Source: Takakia lepidozioides
Taxonomy: Eukaryota > Plantae > Bryophyta
DNA length: 64,000 nt
NCBI GenBank assembly: GCA_030704615.1
Contig: CM060734.1
Location: 36,084,001 to 36,148,000 of the forward strand
Direction of reading: 5' to 3'
Part shown: positions 1 through 12,289 of the stretch, piece after piece
Layout of the letters: each line of letters opens with the position of its first letter
Numbering within the stretch: position 1 is the first letter of the stretch
Made by a program: the position numbers and the translations under genes
Notes under the pieces: model-generated
Seen by the model: only the letters and a program-made list of their open reading frames with translations
What the model was told of the DNA's origin: nothing
Database searches by the model: none

Positions 1-1164
1 TTCGCTGTCCCACCATTGATCCTAATTTTGTCATTTGTGCCAAGTAGCAGGTATTGAGCATTCATCTCAATGGGTCTTGATCTTTCGATTTTTTAAATTT
101 CATTATCTCACTGAGTTGGAAAGTTGGTTGCCACCATTGCAATTGCTATACTGAAGAATATGGTTGCACCATTGACTGTCGAGGCTGAAGAAAGGAGATG
201 TGTGCCATATTGCTGTCATAAACCTGTCATTGATCAAGAAGAGTTCAGTAACTATGCTTATCCAGGAGAGGCTTATATGGTTGAGGACAAAATCCTTTTT
301 TCTCAGAGAAATTCTTTTGCAAATTCATGAGGTTTTTCTGATTGCAAGATTTCCCGGAGTTTGGTGTGCATTGGCAATTTATGTGTGCAGGATTTCCTTT
401 GTCACATCCAAAGCAGGCAGGTCTAGAGTGAGCACAAAGTCACGCCGGAAGATAAACTTGAGGATGGGGACTGGATCTAATGTCTCCAGATGTAGATGTA
501 GATGTAGACCGACTTCTCGTCTCATCTTGAACTCCCACCAATTAGTCTTGTCTGGAGAACAGAGTGTCTTGCAAACACTTTATTGGCCAATTTACTGTTT
601 ACTATGTAAAAGATATGATCATACAACTCCTGACCGAAACTGCTGTCAAGGTAGCTGCTTGTCATGACAGTGCTGCCTTTGAACAGGGTCCTTGTTGCTG
701 CCCACTGATCACTGTGATCTCATCCTCAGATTTCTTGCAAGCTACCAACCAAAAGCTGAGGTGCCATGGAATGCCCAGTCAGAGTTTAGGTTCCATGTTG
801 CTCTGCAAATTCTCACACTGATATGGCTGAAGGGCATGTCTGGATTCCTAGGAATTATACTGTATTGACCGGGGCATGATACAAACCTGAAAGATGTCAG
901 GGCAACCCATGGAACTAAACTCACAGCTAAGATGCCCTTTTCATGCTAGGGACAAGTGCAATGAAGTGCAAGAGCAAGACGAGGCACGCCAGGGCCGAGT
1001 GCAACATCAGGCAACATCAGGACACCACACAAATTTAGAGAAGCGACAAACGGAGAAGATGTAAGTGCATCGTGGAGAGCAAACAAAAACCAAAAGCAGA
1101 GCACAAAGAACAGAAGTTTGCCCAGAAAACCTACCCGTTGGCTGTGATTGTGCCCTTGGGATAG

Positions 1165-1579
1165 GTTCCATCGGCACAGCAGACTCTTCGGAACTTCCTG
1201 TCTAACAAAATTTGCAATCAAGTGCTACACTACGAGCTCAGCATCTCGTACGAGGTGAGGCAGGGAGAGACGTTTAGTTTCCAGCGGTTAGCAGGGCTTT
1301 ACAGAATGCGATGGACTATTTCGCTTGCTGTTTTCAAGTCTGGAAAGGGGCACATACGCTGTGCTTGTTGCAAAGAACACTCTTAAGGAATTTGATGTAA
1401 TCATACCCCCTAGTGATGTACTGCAGATGACAGTGTCCTCCAACCATCATGTGAACTATGCCAGTTTGTTGGCATTTTGCAATGCAGAGATCAACCGGTT
1501 GTCCTTTGTTGTTCCCACGAACAAATTTGATGAGATTGGATTCCAGCCGGAAGTCTGGCGGAAGCAAGCCCCTTACTAA
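1165..1579 (+). pseudogene. Crinkler/RHS-type restriction-endonuclease-fold C-terminal domain fragment (frameshifted)
   Basis: ORF 1325-1579 reads KNTLKEFDVIIPPSDVLQMTVSSNHHVN...RLSFVVPTNKFDEIGFQ. This matches the D-x(6-8)-Q-x-T-V-S-x-x-H ... FVVP...F...Q pattern of CRN REase domains. Upstream frames give QQTLRNFLSN, SSATLRAQ and GETFSFQRL with frameshifts and a stop. Confidence 0.55.
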
Positions 1580-2839
1580 CAAGTTGGAGGAAAGATATGC
1601 TAGCAAGCTTTCGGCAGGCATGTATGGCTAGAATCGCATCTCATCAAATTTGTTCGGTTTGATACTACTCGTCGATACTACTATCCATTGCTCGAGCAAT
1701 GGGCTTTGGAGGTTGCGATCAATAGCATGACGAAGAGTAGGGGTGAGGGCAGCGAAATATTGCCAATTCTGAATCTATCAATCTGATCCGATATGAGGTA
1801 TCACAATAAGGTATCTCACCCCAAGATCTATTCATGCAATCTTAATGCAGTGGCAGTGAGCCTGCATAGACCGAAATGACCTTGTCTGCAATTTGTAACG
1901 TGATGCTAACCATGGTCTATGAACAGAGCCTCGGAAGAAGAAAAGATTCAGAGTGATGCACGAAGTGGGAAGGTGGAGCACTCAAAGCTACGACAGAATT
2001 GTGTTGTAAGTCAGAGCTTGCCCAAGCAGCATAAGACGAGCGTGTGTCTCCGAACAGACACTTAGCACAACTTGCATATGCCGGTGGGCCTCTGGATTGC
2101 TGGTAGTAATAATGAAGCCAAGCCGAAGCTTCCATCATCCAAACACCCATCTATAAGGTAATGTTTCACCATATCTCACCATATCGCCTCCAGGCAACCA
2201 TGTAGCTAGATGATTTCCACCAGAGTGGCTCCTGGCAGAGATGTGCACAGAAAATCTGGGGTTGAAAATAAAATGCTGGGACTGTGTGTCCACTTACTGC
2301 AGATGTCTTTAGTAACTTTGTGGCGTCATTCCACAGGAGGCCTGCCCAAACGCTTTCAGATGCCAAGAGCAGTAATTACAAGAAACCTTAAACATCTGTC
2401 AGTCTGCATTGTCCTTATATCGAGTGAAGAATGCTTTGCTCCCTCCACATGCTAATGTTATTCATTCAAATAGACAAGGGAGTACTGGCTTTAGACCATT
2501 TTCACCCCTTTCATCTGACCCTATGTAGTCATAATCACTAGTTATTCGAATGTCTGGAAGTCTTTCATTGACAGGCCTGACCTCTGCTACTCCATGTCCA
2601 CTTGCAGTGACTAGGCAGCACAATAAAAGTTGAGTCCCCAGTCACAGGATTATTGCCTGTGATGACATGCTTCTCCTCTCGCCACAGTTGATGGACACCA
2701 ACGTTCGGCCACATCCAGCTGGTCGAAAGTTTCTGAACATGTTGCGCCAAGAGAAATTGTTATTCACAAACTCCACTATCCACTGCCAGAGCTCTATGAT
2801 AAGCATACTGGGAAAATTCAATCAGGTACCTTCAACTCA

Positions 2840-5800
2840 CTAGCACGGCTCGACAAGGACAGTAAGAGTGGAGGAAGTACCCGCAATTTCCAGGGGCTCA
2901 GTTGTCAACAGCTTGATCATTTCATATGCATCCTCACCGTCTCGGTAATACTTAGTCTCATAAACTTTAATCCTACCCCACCACACCCATAATCATCTCA
3001 GAGACAACACGACCCAACCTCCTATGACATGATCCACTTGGCATCCACATGAAGAGCTTCTTCTACTAACTAGAATTCCATGGATACCCAAATGAAAAGT
3101 AATCCTCTAGGGTCTGACCCATGCTGGTGACAACCTGCCATGGCGGAACAATTTGATGCATACTTGTAGCCTAAGGTTCTTGTATAGAGGCGAAAGGCAG
3201 CAGCGTTGCTCTTGCGCACGTGCAAAGATACACTCCCAGCTCCATAGACATCTTGCATGGCTTGCTCTGTCCCCAGCCAACAGGCTCCACATGTAATTCC
3301 TGGCAGATTCCTTTCCCTTTATGTATAGGTGCTCACTATGAGCACTTGACTCTGCAGGACAGCAACACCAGAACCCTCCAGTATCACGAGGCCTCTACCT
3401 TGCCAGCTAACTCGTTGTTTTGTTTCAAAATCTTTATTTGAGGTGGATGTACTTTGTGGATGCTGCTGATTCAACTAGAACACCAGAAAAAACTGAATCA
3501 GCTCTGGAAACATTGAGTTGCTGGAGCCAGCTCAAAAACATTGTGTACAGTAGTTCACAACTCCCTAGAACATTGAAGTGAGTGAAGCTTTCAGATGCAT
3601 ACAAGAAAATCTCTTGCTTCTGGGACTGGAAATGTCCTGCCAGTGAAATGGTATGTGAGACAACTCCCTTAGTCTGCATCCTAGAATTACTTCCCCTTGA
3701 CAGTTTCCCTGCATTCAGAGAACTTCAATAGCATTTCGAAGTTTCATTGGGCTTGAATCAGGGTTGATCCGCAAGGTGCATCAACTAGCAATGTCCAAGA
3801 CAATTGCCAACATCTCCCACATGTCTACAGAGCATCTCCCCCTTCCGTAACTGTGGTCACCCTATGTGTTGTTGATGGTCCTCGCACTGCAGTCCAAGTT
3901 CCCTGTAGTAACATCAGACCCCACGTCCACAGACAAGACGCTAAATAATCTGGCTTATCGAGGCTGAAGGTCTTCTTCCAACTGGCAGTCTTGGTGGCAG
4001 TAATCCAAGGGTTGCTGACAGTTCACTATGGATGGAAACTTGGGAATGGAGGATCTTTGCATGCAGAGCTACAGAAAGCTCCCTTCATCAAAATGGGTAG
4101 ACCTACACCCCTTTTGCTGTCAACTGGCCCCATGAAAAATGCTACCGACATTTGTTTCGTTGCACTAAGCTGGAAATTCTTCTTGCACGACAGTATCACG
4201 AGGCAAGAGTCGGCCAGATTCTTCTCTGGAATAGGCTTTTTGCAATGCCAAACAAGGCAACACCGAGCTGCAAGTATTGTTTCCCTGCTGCTACATTGCC
4301 CTTACCAAAAGCTGCCAGTAGAACAGTAAGTCTTGTCTCTGACAAGTAAAGGATCTTCAGGTTCTTTGAGCAGAGGGACAAATAGAATGAAAGGTATGAG
4401 AGGAGAGAGTAATAGCCTCCAGGCACTGGTACTCCAGCCTCAAGATCCAGATTCCTCTTATTGTCATTGCACAACCATCCCCTTGATAATAGCTCTGTAG
4501 TTAAAGCTCTCGTCCACTCAGGTGGTGGGTACTGTCCAGGCTTGTGTGCTTACTTCTAGTTCATAGAATGTGAGCATTTTACAGGGGGAAAGAGGCATGT
4601 TGGAAGATGCCTCTCAAATGAGTTGGGAGGTCAAAACATGCTGGATTTGATATTATGAATTATGGTAGAGAAAACTCAATCCAGGTTTAAAAACACTCAG
4701 TCGACCGAAAGTCTCCCAATTGGGAGCTCTGCTCAAAAGTCTTGAATGGTAGAAAAACAATGCTTGTGCAAAAAATCTAAGCCTATGACAGCTCCACTTC
4801 ATCAAATTGGTCTAGTGCCAAAGACGATCACCGTTTTGAAAAGAACTTGTCCTTCCTGTGATATTGAGCAGGAAGCTTAGTAGCAAAGAGCATTGCTGCC
4901 ACATAGCAGGGTCTCTAATCCAGGGGAAGTAAATCAATACGCATGTTAAGCTCGGTAACACCCTCCAGAAACCCACACTCTCTAAGCGAAAAAAAGCATG
5001 TGTGAGGAGTTTCAGGACAGGTGCACATGAGTTCACATATATGACTTGCTTCGGGTATGGTGGACGCAAGGTCAGAGTTAATACCGGTAACAGTCATGAG
5101 CTTTGTGGCGAGGCCAAGTCTGCGATGTGTTCGAAGCACTGCCAATGACGCAATTTGTCCATGGCAACTTAAAGACTCCTCATCCCTACATCCGTTGAGT
5201 TCAAGCTTACGTGAATTAGGAGTAATGTTGCCCTGCCCAAGAAACTTCCTACTTAAACTCATCAATAAAATTGCGGCAACATGAAACCTCCCACTCTTCT
5301 CCCCCAATCCTTAAGTCTCCAGTAATAAGCGCCCTTTGAGCAAGACGTCAGTCAAAACTTAAATAGATGTCTGAATGAGGCTTACAGGCTGCCGAGTACG
5401 TAGCCTACTATCTTTTTGTCGTAGTCTTCCGCGACGTAGAGGAGTTGTGGCCACGACAGGATGTGCTTTAAGTAGAACTACACATAAATTCCACCCTCCC
5501 ATTTGTAAGAATCGCTTCAGCTGCAGGTCAACGTGCGAGCTCAAGGATGAGATGTTGAGCAAATGACAAAATTCCACATTTGTCTTCGACTCTCAAACAA
5601 AAGCATCGCAAGCACCACTACATGGATTGATTTGCTGAGCCTACATGGTAATTTGATCGTGCCTACAGCTGACAGTAATTTCCCAAGTGCACAGAGCAAT
5701 GCAGGCCCTGTTCAGACCAGCTAAGAAAGAAAAGAGGACAGTCGAGAAAAGGCATCCGAGAAAGGAACAACTCTTTCTAGCAAGACTGAGGACATGTGGT

Positions 5801-6057
5801 GGGAGAGATAGAACTCCAGCGGAAGGACAGCCAGCTGCGTACAGTAAGACATGGCACACAGGACCTACTTTCAATTGATAATTTTCAGGCAGGCAAATGG
5901 CGTTGAGGCTCTGAACGCCCAACAAATCATCCACCTGCCATCCAGCCCTCCGCAAAGGTCATCATTACCATGCCGCTCAGATTGTGGCCTGAGAAGTATC
6001 TCAAGTGCGCAAGAGGGTAGGTAAGGTGTGCACCGTGGCTTGGCGAATGCACACCAT
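2840..6057 (-). CDS. NAA10: N-terminal acetyltransferase A catalytic subunit-like (NAA10/ARD1), divergent; 6 exons
   Basis: Exons 6057-6034, 5934-5869, 5477-5386, 5185-5085, 3266-3164 and 2972-2840 are all GT-AG and in phase. Translation: [151 protein letters not shown].... The C-terminus is uncertain: a donor near 2880 could splice to an exon near 2732. Confidence 0.92.
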
Positions 6058-7230
6058 GACTGCTCACTACAGTCTCAAGCTCCCGCCGCGGCTGCAAGAC
6101 TCTCCTTCCCGGCGCTTCACTGGCATTAGAAGTCACTTATTGTGAGCTTACTTGCAGTATTTTAAGCAGACAATTGTCCCCTCCAACACTGAAAACAAGC
6201 GCTGTCAGACACCATGGGACCCACAATGTTTTTGGTTAGTCGGATACGAAGTAGTCTGTGCTGGATGTCCCCTGTACATACCAAGCCGCAACATACGGCG
6301 CGCAAGAGCCCTTGCAGCTATCAATATCTCCCTTTCATTCCTTTGTCACTGCTTGTAGCTGATCCCCTGCAAGAGTATATAACATATCAGATGTGGATTT
6401 TAACCGTGTCTGAGCCCAAGATAATTACATAAACGATTTTCCCTTGGAATCAAACTGCAGTTTTCAATCAACAACCACAGTACAAATTAACTATATAGAT
6501 GCTCTCGTCGGCTGGCGCTACAGCAATCCACTCCTTAGTCTCAATATCCATCACTGCGACGGATGGTCAAGCAGCTGGACGTGACTTTTGGCCTTTGGTT
6601 TTCTCAAGTGGGTTATCAGTTTCTTTCATTCTTTCATTCAATGGAACACCAAGCTTTGCTACTGTAACGTAATTGTCAACTGCCAGCGTAACGCTACTGT
6701 TCCACTGCACCAGAAACTTTGAAGAGTTTCACAAGGAAGAACGAAAGGCAGGGCGGAAGAGCAGGTGTGTCGGTACGTATTGGTACAGCAGGGCGGCATG
6801 GCTACCCCTCTTGAGCCGTCAGGCCGCTGACGCATGCCCATCACCCACCTTCTTCACCTATGCCGTTCGATCCACAGAAGCTTCTGGGACGTATTCTAAT
6901 CTGGCTCTGCATGGAATAGAGACGACTCCGGACGAAGCCAGCGTCGCCTGCACTGCTTCAAGGCTGCAGGGAATATCGAGCATGGTGGGGAAGATGCTGC
7001 AGGCCTGCATTCGTTGCTGCAGCTACGGTTTGACGTTGACTTACTATATGAGAGCAGGTTTACTGGGCAATCTGGAGAGCTTTCCCTTGAAAACAAACCC
7101 TCCTGTCTTAGCACAACTATTCGTCTAGAACTCAATGTTTTGTCATCCTTTTGTCCCAGAGGAGGCCATGAAGGCTGTGAATTATAAACAATGCGTCCAT
7201 ATAATCCTACTGATCTTTGTAATGGAGATG

Positions 7231-7300
7231 AAAGGGGGCAGTACAGGCAAGGGGAAGAGGCTCTAATTTAGGCGAACTTTGGTTGGCGTCATATATATAT
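7231..7300 (+). repeat. 3' end of a non-LTR retroposon family (copy 1, (AT)n tail)
   Basis: aaagggggcagtac...aaggggaagaggctct..ttaggcgaact..ggttggc is shared with 7584-7648, 18932-19013 and 36315-36462(-). Confidence 0.6.
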
Positions 7301-7583
7301 ACAAATAGTGTACGGTATAAAGATGAGGGTAGATCATTACTAGATGCAATCTTGATCGTTGAGAAATGTCAGATTCGTCCTCCCATAAATTAAGAGGATC
7401 AGAGATGCCTGGCTGCAGATTAGTAAATGAGGCTCTCCACCATGCAAGAGAATCCCCTAATTTTGGGTCTGCTTCCTGGGCCCACTTTTTCAAGTAGTGG
7501 ACTTCTTTTTGTAATCAGAAACCTACCGATCAAGAAAGGCATTGTATGAGGAGAGGGTATGAGGAGAGGGTAATGGTAAATAC

Positions 7584-7648
7584 CCACAAAGGGAAGAGGC
7601 TCTTAGTTAAGTTACGCTGAATTCGGTTGGCATCATCTCTCTCTCTCT
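7584..7648 (+). repeat. 3' end of the same retroposon family (copy 2, (CT)n tail)
   Basis: aaagggaagaggctcttagtta...ggttggcatcatctctctctctctc. Confidence 0.6.
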
Positions 7649-8235
7649 CAAGTTGTAAAGTACAATATTTACACTTTTTAGAGCCCACAGTGAAAGAGGA
7701 TAGTATGAGTACCTCTAACTCATACTAATGAAATTTATACAAGAAAAAAATAACCTGTTGGGTCCGTGCCATAAGGCTAAAAGGATAATCCAGGGAAGTC
7801 CACATAGGGAAGTGCCAAAAACCACCAAGTGGCTGATGAACTACTCTTGAACTACAAGAGGCTCTTATGTATGCTAAATTAGGTTGGCTTCATCTCTCTA
7901 GCCCAACGTGTCCGCCAAGCCGTTCGAAAATTAAAATCAGCTAAAGGGGAGTGCACATGAAGGCCACATGTAAAGGCCTGGCCGAATATATGTGGTGCCT
8001 GCATGTGGGCCCATGCGGCCATTGCATGCCTAAGAAAGAAGAGCATTGGGGAAGAATGGAGAGGAAGGGCTTCAAGAGGTATGCAACCAAATCCTACCGG
8101 AAGGCAGTAGCCCTCTTGGGTCGAGTGACACCATAATTTATGCTTGCTTCGGCAATGCGTCCACCTTTTTTCTTTTTTTAATGCAACCCATAGCCTAAAC
8201 AATGAGGGCAACTATGTCTTAGCCCAACGACCAAG

Positions 8236-8385
8236 TTGTAGCCAAGTGTCCAATGTAATGGACACATACAACCTTGGAAGTGGTTGTGGGTTCAATTCAC
8301 CAGTTGGTGTCACAAAGGTGTCAAGTGTCAACCTTCCCAATAGGCCTTTAGGGTCAAGACACACCATGAATTACGCTTCCTTTGG
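8236..8385 (+). mobile_element. tRNA-derived SINE-like element (copy 1)
   Basis: B-box-like ggttcaattc within ggttgtgggttcaa. The 3' body agggtcaagacacaccatgaattacgcttc is shared with 12487-12630 and 16733-16872(-). Confidence 0.55.
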
Positions 8386-8395
8386 ACGTCATATT

Positions 8396-8506
8396 TGTTG
8401 AATTTGTGGAGAGATAATGACAACCAATAGGTCTAAGTCACGCAGATCATGGGTCTTTTCAAGAGTCACCATCTGAAACGTTGAATGTTAGAATTGACTT
8501 CCAACA
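8396..8506 (+). repeat. Short TG...CA solo-LTR-like repeat
   Basis: tgttgaatttgtggagag...tctgaaacgttgaatgttagaattgacttccaaca. Both ends are shared with 12290-12473. No TSD is visible. Confidence 0.55.
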
Positions 8507-8607
8507 CCCTCCCCTCCCGCAATGGAAACATTCAAGAGTCTAAATTATGTAGGCCCTATTTTTGTCCAACAATGCTATTACAGCATATTCACATAATTTT
8601 AATCAAT

Positions 8608-9648
8608 GTGTCCAATGTTATCTAAGTCCAAGTGCAATCCTCTCTGTATCCAAGTGGTTTCCTATGTCGAGGCCCAAGTGCGACCTCTAGGGTAGCATGT
8701 GCCATGGGCCCAAGTGTCAAGTGGCACTTAAGTCCAAGTGTAAGATCTTCTATGTATCCCACAGCGTCGCCCAAGTGCAACCTCTACGGTAGCCCGAACC
8801 CTATGTATCTAGAGACCCTCCTGTTTGGGAGATCCAGGCCTAGGGTAGCCTGCGCCATTGGCCCATGTGTTAAGAATTGAAATATAATTCCAAGTGCAAT
8901 CCCCTATGTATTCAAATAGCATCTCCTATATCAAGGCCCATGTGTGAAGAATTGAAATCTAAGCCCAATTTCTTATATATCCAAGTGGGTCTCGTATGTC
9001 GAGGCCCAAGTGCGACCTCTAGTGTAGCCTATGCCATTGGCCCATGTGTGAAGAATTGAAATCAATGCCCAAGTGCAATCTTCTATTCATGTATCCAAGT
9101 GCATCTCCCATGTACAGGCCCAAGTGTCCCAGTGCAATCCCCTATGTATTCAAATAGCGTCTCCTATGTCAAGGCCCATGTGCGAAGAATTGAAATCTAA
9201 GCCCAATTTCTTATGTATCCAAGTGGGTCTCCTATGTCGAGGCCCAAGTAGCCTGTGCCGTTGGCCCAAGTGTCCAATGTCATTTAAGTGCAATCCTCTA
9301 TGTATCCAAGTGAGTCTCCTGTGTCAAGGCCCATGTGCGAAGAATTAAAATCTAAGACCAAGTGCAATTTCCTATGTATCCAAATACTTCTCCCATGTAG
9401 AGGCCCAAGTGCGACCTCCAATGTCAAGTGAAATCTAAGTCCAAGTGCAATCCCATATGTATCGAGAGACCCTCCTGTTTGGGAGATCTAGGCCTAGGGT
9501 AGTATGTGCCATTGGCCCAAAGTGTCCAGTATCATCTAAGTCCAAGTGCAATCCCCTATGTATCAAAGTGCGTCTCCTATGCCGAGGCCCAAATGCAACC
9601 TCTAGGGTAGTCTTTGCCATTGGCCCAAGTGTCCAATGTCATCTAAGT
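8608..9648. repeat. Complex tandem repeat array (units built from ccaagtgcaatcccctatgtatccaagtg...gaggcccaagtg)
   Basis: Many imperfect copies are visible directly. The overlapping ORFs repeat CNPLCIQV and CRGPS words. Confidence 0.9.
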
Positions 9649-9970
9649 AAGTTTTTTTCCACAGAGCCTACGACCAGATTTGAACCGGAGACCTTTCCCT
9701 TGATATCTCTCCCGTCGAGGCTCCAACCATTGTCCCATGAATGCCCAATTTGCCGTTTTTGCTATTTTTTGTGAATTTCCAGTGACCAAAAGTACTTGGA
9801 ATTTTGTATCTCCCACACCGCAGGTCCAAAAATCGTGAAACCAAGCCCGTGCACCCCTCCTCGTCAAGGGCTTTCCAACGGTACCAAGCACCAGCGCCGA
9901 GGCCTCGCGGTTTGGGACATCTCAACGTGACAAAACAAAACAAAACAAAACAAACGTCTTGTTTCATAGA
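9649..9970 (-). mobile_element. Terminal segment of a non-autonomous moss repeat (MKQDVCFVLFC family; possible Helitron 5' end) with an internal tRNA-like segment
   Basis: The minus strand begins A|TCTATGAAACAAGACG. 9655-9737 contains A/B-box-like gggacaatgg and ggttcaaatc. It runs directly into the tandem array. No 3' CTAG or hairpin was found. Confidence 0.45.
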
Positions 9971-10282
9971 TTGATTTCTCTTGGGTGAATGGCACCCTCC
10001 AGATTCACAATTAGGGACACATAGAAGGTGCTCTCTGAAAATTTCAGAATGAAAGGTGGATATTGAAAAATTTCCATGGTCAAACCATTTTTTGTCATGT
10101 AATTTTTCATTTGGGTTCCAATTTTTGTCATTTGTTTTTGTTATAATCTCCCATTTGCAACGGTCAAATCTGCCCAGATTTTGTGATGTTGTTCATATCC
10201 TCAGTAGGGATGACATTGTAAGGTTCATCCAAGTGGATGGATGGGGGTAGGAAGATATTGCTAGTTTAATCAAGGTATATAC

Positions 10283-11032
10283 CAGTGTTGGGCGGTTCTG
10301 TGGTCTTGGGTGAAAGAACCGCCGGTTCCGAACCTGGGTATATACCCTCTTAACCTCGGGTATTAAAGTTTCAAATACCCTAGTCAAGATTGAACCGGCG
10401 GATACCAAAAACTATTTACGAGTGAACCTCACCGAACCGGGGGTTCTCTAATAGATATTATCTATAAGAACCTGACCTACGTGTTGGAATGAGAAGGGAG
10501 GGTAAGGGTAACTGCACCCGACACATACCCTGGGTATAAAGGCGGTTATCTAGGGTTAGTGTCAGCCTCGAGGAAGATAGAATAGTACTGAAAATACTAG
10601 ACATGAATGCCAAGAGGCCAACAATGCTAATCTAGAGGAAGATCAGTGTTAGTAGTGCTAGAAAATTACCTTAATTATTGAGTGATCTTAATTATTGACA
10701 ATTGTGGCGGGGTTGGATTTTTTCTCATACATGCGTATTTTTATTTATTTTTTCCATAATAACTTTTGAATTTAGAAGGAACCGGTCATCTCTCGGCTCT
10801 CTTTATGGTTCTCTACCCATATACCCGAGCACCAGATTTGGCGGATAATTGCATTAAAGAACCGATATAAAACATACCCGTGCAAACGTAACTCAGAAAT
10901 ATACCCTACACCACAGGTTCGGTAACTCTCCATATTTTTAAGAACCCGGCCTCGGAGGTTCTCTATTTACCTTCCACAAGGTAGAACTTACCCTGCATGT
11001 TCTGGCCAAAACCAGATAACCGCCCAACACTG
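10283..11032. mobile_element. Non-autonomous hAT element (MITE), 750 bp
   Basis: 15-bp perfect TIRs CAGTGTTGGGCGGTT / AACCGCCCAACACTG with an identical 8-bp TSD GTATATAC (10275-10282 and 11033-11040). Subterminal aaccg motifs are present. Confidence 0.95.
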
Positions 11033-11575
11033 GTATATACTATTTTTTTTTTGCAAAAGTGAAGAAAGTTAGCTGATCCTTTAAGGGTTAACTTACATAA
11101 CATTTACTTTGGAAGTGCTTTTGTGAGCAAATCAGCCCACATGTTTTCTCTCAAACAGTAACGTGATTCGATACATTTGCTTTCCACCCTTTCTCGTAGA
11201 AAATGATGTCGCAGCTCAATGTGCTTGGTGCGATCGTGAAGCCAAGGGTTTAAAGTCAATGCAATGCACGACTGATGATCGCAATGGAGTGGTAGTGCTC
11301 TAGGTTGTGGAAATCCTAAGTCTTTGAATACTTGCCGCAGCCAGATTGCCTCTTTCGTAGCAGTGGAAACAACTATATACTCAGATTCGGTAGCTGTTTC
11401 CTACATTGTCAGGATATGGCTCCCCCTCCAATCATGAATACATAGTCAGAGATGGATCTACGAGACGCGGGGGACTCTCCAGCCCAATCACCGTCAGTCC
11501 AACCTTGAATGGATTCTCGCTTGGCGCCTGTAATGTATTAATGCCCCAGTTCCGAGTATGTTGCAAGTAACGGAA

Positions 11576-11671
11576 ACTGTTCACATGATGTCTTAAAGTG
11601 AGCACACGCTCACTATTGTAACATCTTCTTCATAATCAATTACAATTCACTCTCCCTCCACAAATTTAACA
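11576..11671 (-). repeat. Partial LTR-like repeat, inverted copy of 12290-12380
   Basis: The reverse complement tgttaaatttgtggagggagag...gaagaagatgttacaatagtgagcgtgtgctcactt matches 12290 onward. Confidence 0.75.
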
Positions 11672-11806
11672 TGGTAGCATAGCATTCAAATATGGTGAAA
11701 TGGATCACCTCCAAACTACATCAGTAAAAGACAACTGCCTGAATTAATAGGAAAAGCACTAAGAGCATTTGCAGTAATAAAATCAAATGCTTAGTAATTA
11801 TAACCC

Positions 11807-12070
11807 TCAGGAATGAGGCCATTTGGGCATCGGAAACTTAGGCATATGGCCACCTAAAATGCGGGAGCAATCTACATATGCAGCCCCCAATCCCGTGCCC
11901 GCTCCAAATGCGATTGATGCCCACCGTGCTGTTGGGCTCCTGAACAACATGAGAGCCGAGGTGACACCGGACATCGATCCATACACGAAGCGACGCAATG
12001 TCAAGTCGATGCACGCATCCCATTTCTCCTCAAGCTCAAGCTGCGACGGCCTTTCCTTGGCATGCACCAT
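11807..12070 (-). CDS. MIC10: MICOS complex subunit MIC10 (DUF543), intronless
   Basis: MVHAKERPSQLELEEKWDACIDLTLRRFVYGSMSGVTSALMLFRSPTARWASIAFGAGTGLGAAYVDCSRIL contains the KWDxCxD, FR...W and GxGxGxGxAY motifs. An in-frame upstream ATG lies at 12163. Confidence 0.9.
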   Translation of the reverse strand: MVHAKERPSQLELEEKWDACIDLTLRRFVYGSMSGVTSALMLFRSPTARWASIAFGAGTGLGAAYVDCSRILGGHMPKFPMPKWPHS

Positions 12071-12289
12071 CTCCCTGCTGATTTCCTTGAAACTCTTACT
12101 TTCTTTCATTAGTGGTTTGAGGGTTTGAAACCACGGGTGCAAGGCCCCTACAAGGATCTCCATGAGGCCACCCCGACTGCTCTCACCACATGGCTCCTTT
12201 TTGTCTCTCTCTCTAACCCTTCTTCACTCTCCATCAATTCAATCCAACAGCACATTGCTGACAATTTGTGTCAAATGCCTCTTGATGGC

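Noticed and set aside
300-900. Possible LINE ORF1 remnant on the minus strand (IPWHLSF, TLDLPALD, knuckle-like SCNQKKPH)
   Set aside because: Only vague motif echoes across many stops and frames; cannot be supported without a search.
3267-5084. Nested gene or LINE ORF1 in the 1.8-kb fourth intron of NAA10 (ORFs 3991-4329, 4196-4474)
   Set aside because: No recognisable domain or consistent exon chain; probably old TE decay.
5740-5815. Alternative third exon of NAA10 (ag TTC TAT CTC TCC CAC, FYLSH, resembling FYLKH)
   Set aside because: Similarity stops after five codons and the acceptor context is poor.
8632-9774. CRISPR-like array or Cys-rich repeat proteins
   Set aside because: Units are degenerate, with no constant repeat and unique spacer structure and no cas genes; the ORFs are by-products of the satellite. 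The same applies to 52808-52970.
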